Assembly: GCF_963921235.1 (NCBI RefSeq) | Contig: NC_086097.1 | Coordinates: forward strand, 137,828,001-137,892,000 | Reading direction: 5' to 3' | Source of the DNA: Mobula hypostoma | Taxonomy: Eukaryota | Length of the DNA: 64,000 nucleotides | Part shown: positions 27,516 to 39,996 of the stretch, in pieces | Layout: each line of letters opens with the position of its first letter | Position numbering within the stretch: position 1 is the first letter of the stretch | The notes under the pieces: generated by a model | The model's database searches: none | What the model saw: the letters and a program-made list of their open reading frames with translations, nothing else | Told to the model about the DNA's origin: nothing | Translations under genes and position numbers: made by a program

Positions 27516-28424
27516 TTCGGAGTCCGGTCAACCATTTATCAAAATAGACAGTTAACTGGGAGTGGCTGGTTGTGCAAGGGTGAATGTGGAGGAATGCAGA
27601 CACTGTGCCATCTGCATGGCCTTGTGTTAACCAGCATTGCCCCAAATCTGGATGTTGACCTTCAAAAGCATTTAGATGTGTTCTTGAAAGGAACATTGTG
27701 CAGGACAGAGCAGAGTCCTGGGACCACCTGGAGAGCTTTCTAAAGGACCAGCACAGGCACAATGGACAGAAATGTCTCTCCGGCAACCTGATTCTTTAGG
27801 TGGGTGTCATACTGGAGGCTTTATTGCAACCAGTTGCTGCCACCTCCACGCTTCCACTGGTGGTCACTTGACATGTCCATCAAGCCCATCAACCAATCAA
27901 AAAATGGTCAGGTTCGTCATCGTCTGATTGACGCCCAATCAGCCAGTCAGACAGCACCCCCTACCCCTACCAGTTCACCTTCATAATTTTTATAATTATA
28001 ATCAGAAAATTTCAAGAATCATCAGGGAGAATCCACATCACTTGTTCTATCACCCAGAGCTACTTGTCCCAAATGTTGCTGTCAGCAGGATCCTGGAGGA
28101 TAATCTGTAGTTCCTGCAGATACCGCACCAGTCCAGGAGGCTGATACCATCAGCACCCAGACTAAACCCTTAAGCTCAGAATTTCAAAGCTGAAGAATTC
28201 CTTGAGCACCAAGGATTTGGACACTTTGACCTCTGTGTCTGGTATTTCAAACTGGACCATTTCTCCCTTTAAATGCATATAGAAAGTAATTCTCATTACC
28301 ACTCTAACCTATATCTAATTTCAATTCCGAAACTAGAAACAAGCGCAGGATAAGCAGCTTACAATTAGTTCCTTACTAAGTCGGCAGACTTATGGCTCAA
28401 CTCTTCTCAGTTCAAACCCAGGTC

Positions 28425-28660
28425 AGTAAGTCATCAGTTCAAACTCCCTTTGTGATCCTCGGTTACAGCCCTCTGCAGTACTGAAGGAGTGCAGTGCAGC
28501 CAGAGGTGCTGTTTTCAAGTTCAGGCCCCATCTGGTCTCTATGATGGGCAGGGTAGTCCAGTTATGATGGGTAGAGTAGAGAGATGTTCTCCCAACCAGC
28601 ATTACCAAAACAGACCAACTGGTTACTTCACTGATTTATGTGGGACTTCTGTATTCTAAT
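28425..28660 (+). mobile_element. DeuSINE (SacSINE1-like) remnant
   Basis: CAGTACTGAAGGAGTGC..AGAGGTGCTGTTTT..AGGCCCCATCTG..AAAACAGA..TGTGGGA blocks. Confidence 0.55.
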
Positions 28661-28689
28661 CCTCATGAAACAACTGCTAACATTACATT

Positions 28690-29025
28690 TTCCTTCTTTA
28701 ATACCAACTCAATCTGCAAGTTAACCTTGAGGGAATCCTGAACTCACAAGTCCCTCGGCACCTCTGATTTCTGAATTTTCTCCTCATTTTGAAAATTTTC
28801 TACACCCTTATTCTTCCTACCAAAGTGCAGATCTCCACGCTTGATGCTTTACTCCATCTGCCACTTCTTTGCCCACTCCCAACAAATGCAAATCGGTCTG
28901 CAGACTTCCCTTCTCTGGATCACTACCTGTTTCTCCACCTACCTTGGTATCATCTACAAGCTTGACCACAATGCCATCAACTCTTTCATCCAGATCATTA
29001 ATATATAAAATGAAAAGTTGCAGTC
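28690..29025 (-). mobile_element. CR1 RT fragment
   Basis: Reverse strand FIY*SG*KS / KLVDDTKVGG / KWQME remnants. Confidence 0.65.
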
Positions 29026-29638
29026 CACTACTTCACCCAATGGCTGTCACTGATGAAGCAGCATGGAAAAGTTGGATACTGGTTGGATATACTCCCAGAG
29101 GTTGCATCACATAACCCCTCTTATCTCACTGTCTGACCTATCCAAACAAATTTATCCACAGTCTCCAAAATTTGTCTAGATCGGAAGGTCAGAGGAAATG
29201 ATTAAACAGCACAAAGTTCTTTTTAATATTTTTGTGATTTTCCTGTGGGAGTTGTCCAGAGTGCATGGAGGGTTTCCAGGATGATCCTTGGGTCGGGAGC
29301 TGGTGTCTCAACCACGGATTTGGCAGCGCAGTAGATACGGCAATTGCGCTTGTGGATTTGCACGTGTCAGCTAATTATTATTTAATCGTGATAGTATTTA
29401 ACTCCATACTTGTCGTTGTAGTGCTTGTCAAGACTTGGACAGAGCACAGCAACGCTCTGCTGCCTGTTTGTCTTCGGCCTTCCCTGAGAAATTGGACTTT
29501 CGAGTCAACTGACTCTGAAGACTAGCAGTATTCATTTAATGTTTAGATTTTCTTCTCAGCCGCAATGTAGGCTTCATTTCCCATTTGAGAGTTTTAGTTA
29601 ATGGCCCTATTTGTCCAAGCGTTTATTGTTTATTTTCC

Positions 29639-31690
29639 CGTGGAGTTCTGCATAGGTACATTCCAATGAGACAGGGAAAGAATGGTAGGGTACAGGAACC
29701 ATGGTGTACAAAGGCAGTTGTAAATATAGTCAAGAAGAAAAGAAGAGCTTACAAAAGGTTAAAAAAAACTAGGTAATGATAGAGATCTAGAAGATTATAA
29801 GGCTAGCAGGAAGGAGTTTAAGAATGAAATTAGGAGAGCCAGAAGGGGCCATGAGAAGGCCTTGGTGGACAGGATTAAGGAAAACCCCAAGGCATTCTAC
29901 AAGTATGTGAAGAGCAAGAGGATAAGATGTGAGAGAATAGGACCAATCAAATGTGACAGTGAAAAAGTGTGTATGGAACCAGAGGAGATAGCAGAGGTAC
30001 TCAATGAATACTTTGCTTCAGTATTCACTACCAAAAAAGATCTTGGCGACTGTAAGGATGACTTGCAGCGGACTGAAAAGCTTGAGCATATAGACGTTAA
30101 GGAAAAGGATGTGCTGGAGCTTTTGGGAAGCATTGGGACCGAATGAGATGTACCCCAGGCTATTATGGGAGGTGAGGGAGGAGATTGCTGAGCCTCTGGC
30201 AATGATCTTTGCATCATCAATGGGGACGGGAGAGGTTCCGGAGGATTGGAGGGTTGCGGATGTTGTTCCCTTATTCAAGAAAGGGAGTAGACATAGCCCA
30301 GGAAATTATAGACCTGTGAGTCTTACTTCAGTGGTTGGTAACTTGATGGAGAAGATCCTGAGAGGCAGAATTTATGAACATTTGGAGAGGCATAATATGA
30401 TTAGGAATAGTCAGCATGGCTTTGTCAAAGGCAGGTCGTGCCTTACGAGCCGATTGAATTTTTTGAGCATGTGAGTAAATACATTGCTGAAGGTAGAGCA
30501 GTAGATGTAAGGTATATGGATTTCAGTAAGGCTTTTTACAAGGTACCCCATGCAAGGCTTATTGAGAAAGTAAGGAGACATGGGGATCCAAGGGGACATT
30601 GCTTTGTGGATCCAGAACTGTCTTGCCCACAGAAGGCAAAGAGTAGTTGTAGACGGGTCATATTCTGCATGGAGGTCCATGACCCGTGGTGTGTCTCAGG
30701 GATCTGTTCTGGGACCCCGACTCTTCAAGATTTTTAGAAATGATCTGGATGAAGAAGTGGAGGGATAGGTTAGTAAATTTGCTGATGACACTAAGGTTGG
30801 AGGTGTTGTGGATAGTGTGGAGGGCTGTCAGAGGTTATAGTGGGACATTGATAGGATGCAAAACTGGGCTGAGAAGTGGCAGATGGAGTTCAACCCAGGT
30901 AAGTGTGAGGTGGTTCATTCTGGTGGATCAAATACGATGGCAGAATATAGTATTAATGGTAAGACTCTTGGCAGTGTGGAGGATCAGAGGGATCTTCGGG
31001 TCTGAGTCCATAGGACTCTCAAAGCTGCTGTGCAGGTTGACTCTGTGGTTAAGAAAACATACTGTGCTTTGGCCTTCATTAATCGTGGGATTGAGTTTAG
31101 GAGCCGAGAGGTAATATTGCAGCTATATAAGACCCTGGTCAGACCCCACTTGGAGTACTGTGCACAGTTCTGGTCCCCTCACTATAGGAAGGATGTGGAA
31201 ACCATAAAAAAGGTGCAGAGGAGATTTAGAAGGATGTTGCCTGGATTGGGAAGCATGCCTTATGAGAATAGGTTGACTGAACCCGGCCTTTTCTCCTTGG
31301 AGCGACGGAGGATGAGAGGTGACCTGATAGAGATGTACAAGATGATGGGAGGCATTAATCATGTGGATAGTCAGAGGCTTTTTCCCAGGGCTGAAATGGC
31401 TAGCATGAGAGGGCACAGTGTTAAGGTGCTTGGAAGCAGGTACAGAGGAGATGTCAGGGGTAAGTTTTTTACGCAGAGGGTGTTGAGTGCGTGGAATGGG
31501 CTGCCGGTGACGATGGTGTAGGCGGATACGATAGGGTCTTTTAAGAGACTTCCGGACAGGGACATGGAGCTCAGAAAAATAGAGGGCTATGGGTAACCCT
31601 TGGTAATTTCTCAGCTAAGGACATGTTCGGCACAGGTTCGTTGGCTGAAGGGCCTGTATTATGCTGTAGGTTTTCTACGTTTCTATGTTT
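29639..31690 (+). mobile_element. 5'-truncated CR1 LINE (same family as 20059)
   Basis: Colinear with 22162-24181; KFADDTK at about 30775; TTTCTATG tail. Confidence 0.93.
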
Positions 31691-31894
31691 AACACTGTTC
31701 ACATTAAAGTCTGTGAACTATCGACCTGCTTCAATGTCTCTCACTCCGCACTTGGGCCATATCTGAACCAGGTGACAGCTGGGTAGGGGAAGACACCACA
31801 GCTGAGCCCTGGTGATGGTCTGGTCCTAGTTTTCCACCAGTATTCCCATTGCACTGTGTAAAGTGTGAGCAGAAGGCTGTCAGAGGCAGTACAT

Positions 31895-32398
31895 GGTACA
31901 CCGTGCACAGTTCTGGTCACCCCATTATGGGAAGGATGTGGAAGATTTGGAAAGGGTGCAGAAAACGTTCATGATGATGTTGCTTGCATTAGATGGTATG
32001 GGGTACAAGGAGAGGTAAGGTGAACTTGGGTTGTTATCTCAATAGATCAGAGACTGAGCGGAGACCTGATGGAAGTTTAGAAAATTCTGAGGGGCATAGA
32101 TAGATAGTCAGAGTCTTGATCCCAGGGTAAAAATGTCAAATACTAGTAGATATGCATTTAATGTGAAAAGGGGAAAGTTTAAAGGACTTGTGCAAGGCGA
32201 GTCTTTTACACAGAGAGTAGTAGTGAAAGTAGATACAACAGTGGCATTTCAAGGCTGTTAGGCAGACATATGAAAATGCAGGGAATGGAAGGACATGGAT
32301 CACGTGCAGGAGGAAGGGAATTGGTTGAATTCGGTTTCATGCCCGGTGCAGACATTGTGGGCTGCAGAGCCCATTTCTGTGCTGTGCTGTTCTATGCT
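31895..32398 (+). mobile_element. CR1 3' fragment (older family)
   Basis: QFWSPHYGKDVEDLERVQKTF; CR1-type tail. Confidence 0.75.
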
Positions 32399-33699
32399 CC
32401 AGACCTGCTCGCTTTAGTGGAGACCGAAATATTGCAGGGCCTGATTCTAAGTCCACAGACTGACCATTTTAGGTAGCATGTCAGTCCCTCAAATTAGCCT
32501 GGAGGAAGAAGTGTTAGGAGATTATTGCCACAGTGCTTGTAGCATTCCCAACAGAGGACCTGGCATGTTGCAGCTCCCTTACACAGCAATGAAGTAAATT
32601 CCGATGAAGCATTAAGTCAGAAAGCGGGCTGTTTGGATTCTGTAAGTCAATCAAGACTTTTGCCTTGACTGAATAAAATAGATGTGGAGGAATAATTCCC
32701 ACTTTATGTGTGAGAGTTGTGAGGTGTTGAGACTAGCGTGGGCCATAGGCTGTCGCTCAAGCACTTTCTCAGGAAGCCACTTTAACCAACACCTCTGTCT
32801 TATTTTTAACTGCTGTAGTTGTTAACGCCTAGCGAACCCCTCAGCCAGCAGGAAATGCGATAAGGCAGCGATGGGATCAGCATCTCTCAGCAGTATCATT
32901 CAGTCTGCTGGTAATGGGCTGCCAGCATCATGCCCAGCCTCTGGGCTGCACCTTGCCCTTTGACTGATTGCCAAACCAGCGTTGCCCAGGACAAAGCCAG
33001 CACCTTTCAGTGGCAGCGGGGTAGTGTTGTATCAGTTGGTTGCACTGATTTCCCATCTCTAATGTTAAAGTGACACCACGGTCCAAGAAAACCGTCAGAT
33101 ATGCAGAGTGCCTAGGGCAGAGGTTCTCTCTGTTCAACCGTTGCAAGCTTCCGTGTGTGCAAGCATCTTGGTCAATTCATTGATGCCGCATCTCCACAGC
33201 ACCTTCCCTGTGCACGGGAATGCTCAAAGCACCATTCAATACACTTTATTTTCCGTCAGGAACTTCGTTTGTGCAGTGGTAGGGACAACATCACAGAAGT
33301 CGATACGCAACATATAGAACATGCACACTCATCTACCTAGTCAACTGGACTAGGTAGATTAATGGTGCTGGGCCAAAGGGCCTGTTTCTATTCTGTATGA
33401 CTAGTATTCCCAGCACACTGTTTATTTACAGTCCATAGTTCCTGATGTTTACAATTTACAGTTACTGTTCCATAGATTTGCTGAGTATGCCCACAGAAAA
33501 AGTCTCTCAGGGTTATATGTAGTGACGTGTATGTGCTCTGATAATAAATTTTACTTTGAACTTTATACTCTTTGACCCTTTGATTTTAAACCTTTACTAA
33601 AATTGCTTCCTGTCTTTCCATCTGCTGCAGATACAGAATTGAGTTTTTCTCACTTTGCTAATTGCAGTGCTGTTGCTCTAATAACTTATAAAACAAGAA

Positions 33700-34095
33700 C
33701 AGGTGGAACCATGGCACAGCCCAGAGAGCGTCTGCCTCTCAGTGCCAAGGGTCCAGGTCCAATCCTGACCTCTGCTGCTGTCTGTGTGGCACGTTCTTCC
33801 CGTTCGGAGCACCCGGTGTGGGTTTCACCAGGGGCTCCAGTTTCCTCCCACGTCTCAGAGGGCACCTGAGATGTCCCTTACACAGTAACAGAATAAATTC
33901 TAATGAAGCATTCATTTATATGGTGGGTTAACTGGCCATTGTAAATTGCCCCTAGTGTATAGACAAGAGGTAGAGTCTGGTGTGAGTTAACGGGAATGTA
34001 GAGAAATAAAGGATACGGTGAAGGATGGTTGATAACCAGTATGGACCCTGTGGGCCGAAGGGCCTGTTTCTGTGTTATCTCCTTTTGTGACTCTT
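33700..34095 (+). mobile_element. V-SINE (HE1-like) with CR1-type tail and an internal insert
   Basis: tRNA-like head; GGCTCCAGTTTCCTCCCAC; GGTTAACTGGCCATTGTAAATTGCCCCTAG; GGGCCGAAGGGCCTGTTTC tail. Confidence 0.8.
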
Positions 34096-34916
34096 ATGAT
34101 TCTAGCTGTGTTTTCCCTCTCATCCGCTATTGTTTGGAGTCAGTCCAAAATAACTGACCACACATCAACCAGCTGGATGCTACCTGGCATGTATTAATTA
34201 GTCACTTTGTGAGTGCCTGTCCTTTCTCACCAGGGTCTGTGGCAGAGAGCTAATCCCCACCCACACTTTCTCTCTCTCTGTCTTTCCAGTGCCACTTTGC
34301 TTTGGTAATGCTGGTTATAGTCTCCACCAGCATGCAGCAAGTAAAGGGTTAACTGGTGACCCCACCCCCCCAGGCTGTGGAGAGTGTACTGAATGCCCCC
34401 CGGTGGAAGGGAAGGATTGATCTAGTCCAACCACTTCAGACTGAAGTTTGTCGAAGGGGTGGAGAGGAATTGTTCTCTCTGGGGGGGTGGGGGCAGAGGT
34501 CAGCAAGCACTTCCCCTCACAGACGTAGCCCTCCTTTCCCCTTTCCTCTCCGGTTGAGACGAGAGAGCAGTCGAACAGTTGAGAACCAGGATTGATGGAT
34601 TTGGGGTCAGTCAGATCACAGAATCAAGGTGGAGCATTGGATTTCCAGTCCAGATTGGGCATTAACATGCTTGTGTCGCTCGGTAAAACTGCTCTAACTG
34701 CTGCCTCACATACAGGTAGGGGTGGTAGGTCTTACACAGCCTCAGTGACTCAACAGGAGTCATTATTCCTCCACATTCCCATTAACTCACACCAGACTCT
34801 ACCTCTTGTCTATACACTAGGGGCAATTTACAATGGCCAGTTAACCCACCATATAAATTAATACTTCATTAGAATTTATTCTGTTACTGTGTAAGGGACA
34901 TCTCACGTGCCCTCTG
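33856..34916. repeat. 154-bp inverted duplication (arms 33856-34009 and 34763-34916)
   Basis: Manual alignment gives about 6 mismatches in 154 nt. Confidence 0.9.
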
Positions 34917-35669
34917 CCATCTAACTTCTGAATGGAGATTGAACCCATGAACACTACCTCACTTATTGAATTACTTATGTAACATATATATACATACATA
35001 TATATATTCTTACTGTCATTCAGTTTTTATGATTATGTTTTGCAATGCACTGCTGCCGCATTGCAACAATCAGGTGATATTAAACCTGATTCAGATTGTG
35101 AAGTTGTGTTCTGCAAATGCAAATCAGAGTGAGGTTATAAATACTGCCCTTGACAACAATGCAGGAATGAATTCAAGAAATGTGTCGCTAAATCTGGAAT
35201 TGCTTAGACATAGAAGGCAATGGACCAAGTGCTGGGTAATGAAATTACTACAGAAGGTGGCCACTGTTTGGCACGGACAAGATGGGCTGAATGGTCTGTT
35301 TTCATGCTGTGTGATAGGTTACCACAATGGCAGCACTATGTGGCACTCGAGCTGCAGGTCTATTTGACAGATCACATGCTCCTCAGCTACTGGAAGCATA
35401 ACAACAAAGAGCAGGGAGTATCCCTGCTTTGAAAGGTAAGTGACGGGAACCCCAGCCCTGTGATCTGCATGGGATTTCATCCTTCACTTTTACGATATGA
35501 ACACTGCAGGAAAAGCCACAGTCACTGCCCATCTCTTCTACCCTGAGCTGACCAGGGACTTTCTGCGCTTTCATGGGGCAGTTAGGAGTCAATTGCCTTG
35601 CCTTGTAGTTTGGGGTTGAACGAAGGCCTGGGCACGAATGACTGATTTTCCTCCTTAAATGGAAAGTTA

Positions 35670-36060
35670 ACTTGGTAATTGGTTTCTAATTACTACATGT
35701 ACAGAGATACAGTAAAAAAAATATCCAGGCAGATCATTCCATACATACTGTAAGTACATCGAGGTACAAAAGGGTAAAAAAATGCAGAATATAGTGTTAC
35801 AGTTACAGACAGCGCCGAGCAGGCAGACAAATACAGTGCAAGGGCCATGACAAGGGAGACTTGAGAGATCAGGAGTTCAATATTATCATACAGGAGCCTG
35901 ATGACAGCAGGATAGAAGCTGTCCTTAGGCTTGTTGGTACTGCTCTGCCCAGCTGAGGGGTGGGGAGGATGAGAGAATGACTGAGGTGAGAGGGGTCTTC
36001 GATCATATTGGCAACAGGAAGTGTAAACAGAGTCTATGGAGGGAAGGCTGTTTTGCATCG
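35670..36060 (-). mobile_element. Rex1/Babar 3' fragment
   Basis: SLPSIDSVYTS..KDSFYPAVIRLL. Confidence 0.75.
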
Positions 36061-36077
36061 TTTGAGGTGAACGTAAC

Positions 36078-37135
36078 TCAGAATCAAAACCAAGTTTATT
36101 ATCACTGATATAGGGTGTGAAATTTGCTGTTTTGTGGCAGCAGCACTTTATACTTTACACTTTATTCTTTATTGTCGCCAAACAATTGATACTAGAACCT
36201 ACAATCATCACAGCGATATTTGATTCTGCGCTTCCCGCTCCCTGGATTACAAATCAATAATAAATATTAAAAATTTAAATTATAATTCATAAATAGAAAA
36301 TAGAAAAATGGAAAGTAAGGTAGTGCAAAAAAACTGAGAGGCAGGTCCAGGTATTTGGAGGGTACGGCCCAGATCTGGGTCAGGATCCGTTCAGCAGTCT
36401 TATCACAGTTGGAAAGAAGCTGTTCCCAAATCTGGCCGTACGAGTCTTCAAGCTCCTGAGCCTTCTCCCAGAGGGAAGAGGGACGAAAAGTGTGCTGGCT
36501 GGGTGGGTCGTGTCCTTGATTATCCTGGCAGCACTACTCCGACAGCATGCGGTGTAAAGTGAGTCCAAGGACGGAAGATTGGCTTGTGTGATGCATAAAT
36601 ATATTATGAATTATAATATATAATTTCAAGCTCCTGTCCCTCCTCTCTGAAGGTGACAATGAGAAGAGGGCATTTTCCAGGTGGTGGGGATCCTTAATGA
36701 TGGTTACTGCATTTTCGAGCCATCGCCTTTTCAACATGACCTCGATGCTGGGGAGGCTGGTGCCTATGATGGAGCTGGCTGAGTTCACAACCTTCCTGCA
36801 GCTTTCTCTGGTCCTGTGCAGTGGTCCCTCCACGCCGAACAGTGATGCAACTAGTTAGAATGCTCCCTCTCCACGGTACATCTGCAGGGATCTGCGTGTC
36901 TTTGGTGACAGATCAAATCTTCCCAAACTCCGACCGAAGTATAGCCACTGGTGCGCCCTCTTCATAATTACATCAATATGCTGGGCCCAGGATACATCTT
37001 CAGAGATGGCGACACCAGGAACTTGAAAGGGCTGGCCCTTTCCACCACTGACCCATTGATGAGCACCGGTGCGTGTTCCCTTGACTTCCCCTTCATGAAG
37101 TCCACAGTCATTTCCTTGGTCTTTCTGACCATGAT
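36078..37135 (-). mobile_element. Rex1/Babar 3' portion with a nested second Rex1 family at about 36146-36592
   Basis: KTKEMTVDF, FKFL, IIKDPHHLENALFS; nested copy RIIKDTTHPA..LPSGRR..NSFFP with its own (TAAAGTA)-like tail. Confidence 0.8.
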
Positions 37136-37951
37136 CAACCATGATCGCATTGAATGGTGGGGACAGGGATGGGCGGCTGAACGGTCTACTCTTGCCCTAC
37201 GTTCTCATCTTCGCTGCTCTGTACAAGGAGGATGCTGTACTTGCTCAATGTGAGCTAGTAATTCATGTGTTCGGTGAGAGGTGACTGAGGCGAGCGAGGG
37301 GGAAGCACAGAGCTACAGACGCATCCCCCTTTTCTCCTGGTAAAGTCAGCGTAACCTAGAAATAAAAGAAAGTCTGGAAATGAAGTCCATATGCTCTTGG
37401 GGCAGGTGCCACCTTAATCCCCTTATCAGAATGTATCTGTAACACAGGGATAACAAGGCATTAACCCTGCGACTCTGTGATGTGGGGAATGCACAAACCA
37501 CACACAGGTTTTAGCTTGTGCCACTGCTGTTCTGTGCTGTTTTGTCTTTACGCAGTGATATTCTAAGCGCAGACCGTAGATTCTCTGCAGGAGTCAATTA
37601 AGTACGGTTCTGTTCTCCGATTGTCGCTGTTGTTTTCAAGCAAGTGTTGACCTTGTGACATAGAGAGTGGGGGCAGAGTCAGGCTGGACTGTTGTATTCC
37701 AAGATTCCAGCTTTTCAACCTGTTCCGAACCTACTCAAAGGATCTCAAAGCATTGGTTCAGTGAATGTACATGACCTGGGGCGATTGGTACAGTTATTGG
37801 AGGCTACAGGCACTGGCCAACCCAGGACGGTCTGTTCTGATTCGGGGGCTCGAGGGTTTACTTTCCACTCTGCATGCTTGAGAACTGTAATCTAGGCTGA
37901 GCGGGTGCTGCCTGGTTGAAGGTACTGACTCGTCAACGGGATGACAAACTA

Positions 37952-38516
37952 CACTCAGTTGTCACTCTGTTAGGTACACCTGCTCATTAATGCAAATATA
38001 ATCAGCCCATCATGTGGCAGCAATTCAATGTATAAAAGCATGCAGACATGGTCAAAAGATTCAGGTGTTGATTAGACCAAACATCGGAATGGGAAAGAAA
38101 TGTGACCTAAGCGAGGTTGAGCATGGAATGATTGTTGGTGCCAGATGGGGTGGTTTGATTATCTCAGAAACTCAAACTGATCTCCTGGGATTTTCATGCA
38201 CAACAGTCTCTAGAGTTTACAGACAACGATGAGAAAAGCAAAAAAAAAAATCCAGTGAGCTACAGTTCAATGAGTGAAAACGCCTTGTTAATGAGAGAGG
38301 TCAGAGGAGAATGGCCAGACTGGTTCAAGCTGACAGAAAGGTGACAGTAACTCAAATAACCTCAGGTTACAACAGTGGTGTGCAGAAGAGCATCTCTGAA
38401 TGCACAACACATTGAACCTTGAAGTGAATGGGCTTCAGCAACAGAAGACCAGGGACGTGCACTCAGTCGCTGCTTTACTGGATACAGGAGGTAGCTAATA
38501 GAGTGGCCACTGTGTG
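37952..38516 (+). mobile_element. Non-autonomous Tc1 transposon derivative
   Basis: MGKKCDLSEVEHGMIVGARWGG..ISET; TIRs; TA at 37950-37951 and 38517-38518. Confidence 0.85.
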
Positions 38517-39529
38517 TAAGTCCCTGCCTGCCTTGAACAGCAAAAGGTCTTATGTTAAAGCTGGATAGAGAGTGAGAGTTTGCCCAGTGTCTCCAGACCA
38601 TAATTCACCCTTTATCTAATATCATTAATCATACAGTATGTCAGCTGGTTAGTCCAGAAACTAAGTGTTGCAGATTTTAAACATCCACATGTGAAAAAGG
38701 ACTGAGAATAAGGTTAGCACATTCTTGAAGCCTGAGCATCCATTATCTTCATACTGGTATGTTCTAGAAAAGACATATAATTTTTGATGAAATATCGTTG
38801 ACCTGAAATGTTAATGGTTTCTCTCACCACAGAGGCTGTCTAAATTGTAGAGGATTTCTAGCATTCTCTGCTTATTCTTGTTCGTAGGAGGTTGCTGTGT
38901 GCAAATTGATTGTTTCCCAATTTGCAACAGCCAATGGGCTTTGTTTTTTAGCGGCCCCACTGTGTGCTTGGGCTGTGAAATGGTTGTGCAGGGCGCAATA
39001 GAAATGCAGAAATTAGTTTGTTCTCAGAGCTGCTATAGGCATGACTCAGGATGGGGAGGGTAAGGATGAGTGCGTGGAGATGGGGGCATTTGCTGCCACC
39101 CTCCCTGGGGTTGGGGGCCTCTTGGGATTACTCGTTTGGGTTACCTCCTGTGTTTGTCAAGCAGACAACGTGCAATCGAGGAGGTTTAAACTGGAGGCAC
39201 AGAGAGAACTAGGAGGGAAAAGATCTTTAGTGGGGGGGTGGGATAGAGGGATGAGATCATAAGGAAGGGAGGGTGGAGGATGGATATGGAGAGGAGAGAG
39301 AGGGTGTGGTCATGAGCACTTTGGGGTGAAAGGTGAGGGAAATTCAGGCTTGTGAGTGGGGTTTAAAGCACAAAGTGTGGTTGAGGTTGTGGGACAGTTA
39401 AGGAAGGAGGGGAATGGTAAGGATTAGAGGTGAGGGTGGGAGTGAAGAGTAAGTTGTGAATGAGTGAGGGATGACAGCTCAACAGGCTCATATCCAGCCC
39501 CCTGTCTTACCCCGGTTTTAGTTAGCGCT

Positions 39530-39996
39530 GATCACTTCCTGCTTCCTTCTTTCACCTCCCCCCCACCCGATCCATTGTCAAATATCATCCCAATGTATCC
39601 GACAGCTAAACAGCCACCACAGACTTCTGTGATCTTCCTTTGCCCCTGTTTTCCTTTCCTCTGCTGCCTGTCTGTGTCTCTGTCCCTCTGTCTCCCTCTC
39701 TCTCACTCATTCTCAATGCATCTGCCTGTCTCTGCTTCCATCTGTCTGTCTGTCCCCCCCATGTGTCTGTGTGTGTTTGTGCATGCACATATGTGCGTTT
39801 TCCTGTCCACTCATCTTTTTCTATCTCTGCCTCTTTATTTTATCACTGTATCTCTCTATTTCTCTTTCACTCTACCTCTTTCAAACATACCTCCATCTCT
39901 CTGATCTCTCCCTCCCTCTCTCTGTCTCCACCACAACCCCCTACGCACCACCGTCTCTCCCTGTCCCTGTCTCTGTCTCCGTCTCCTGTGTGGTCC
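39530..39996. repeat. Pyrimidine-rich low-complexity tract (preceded by a purine-rich tract about 39180-39480)
   Basis: Directly visible CT/CTGT-rich composition. Confidence 0.8.

Noticed and set aside
35371..35441. Possible 65-nt exon (GACAG acceptor, AAG|GTAAGT donor); similar signals at 34290-34340
   Set aside because: Splice-like signals are expected by chance in 64 kb; no coding or conservation support visible
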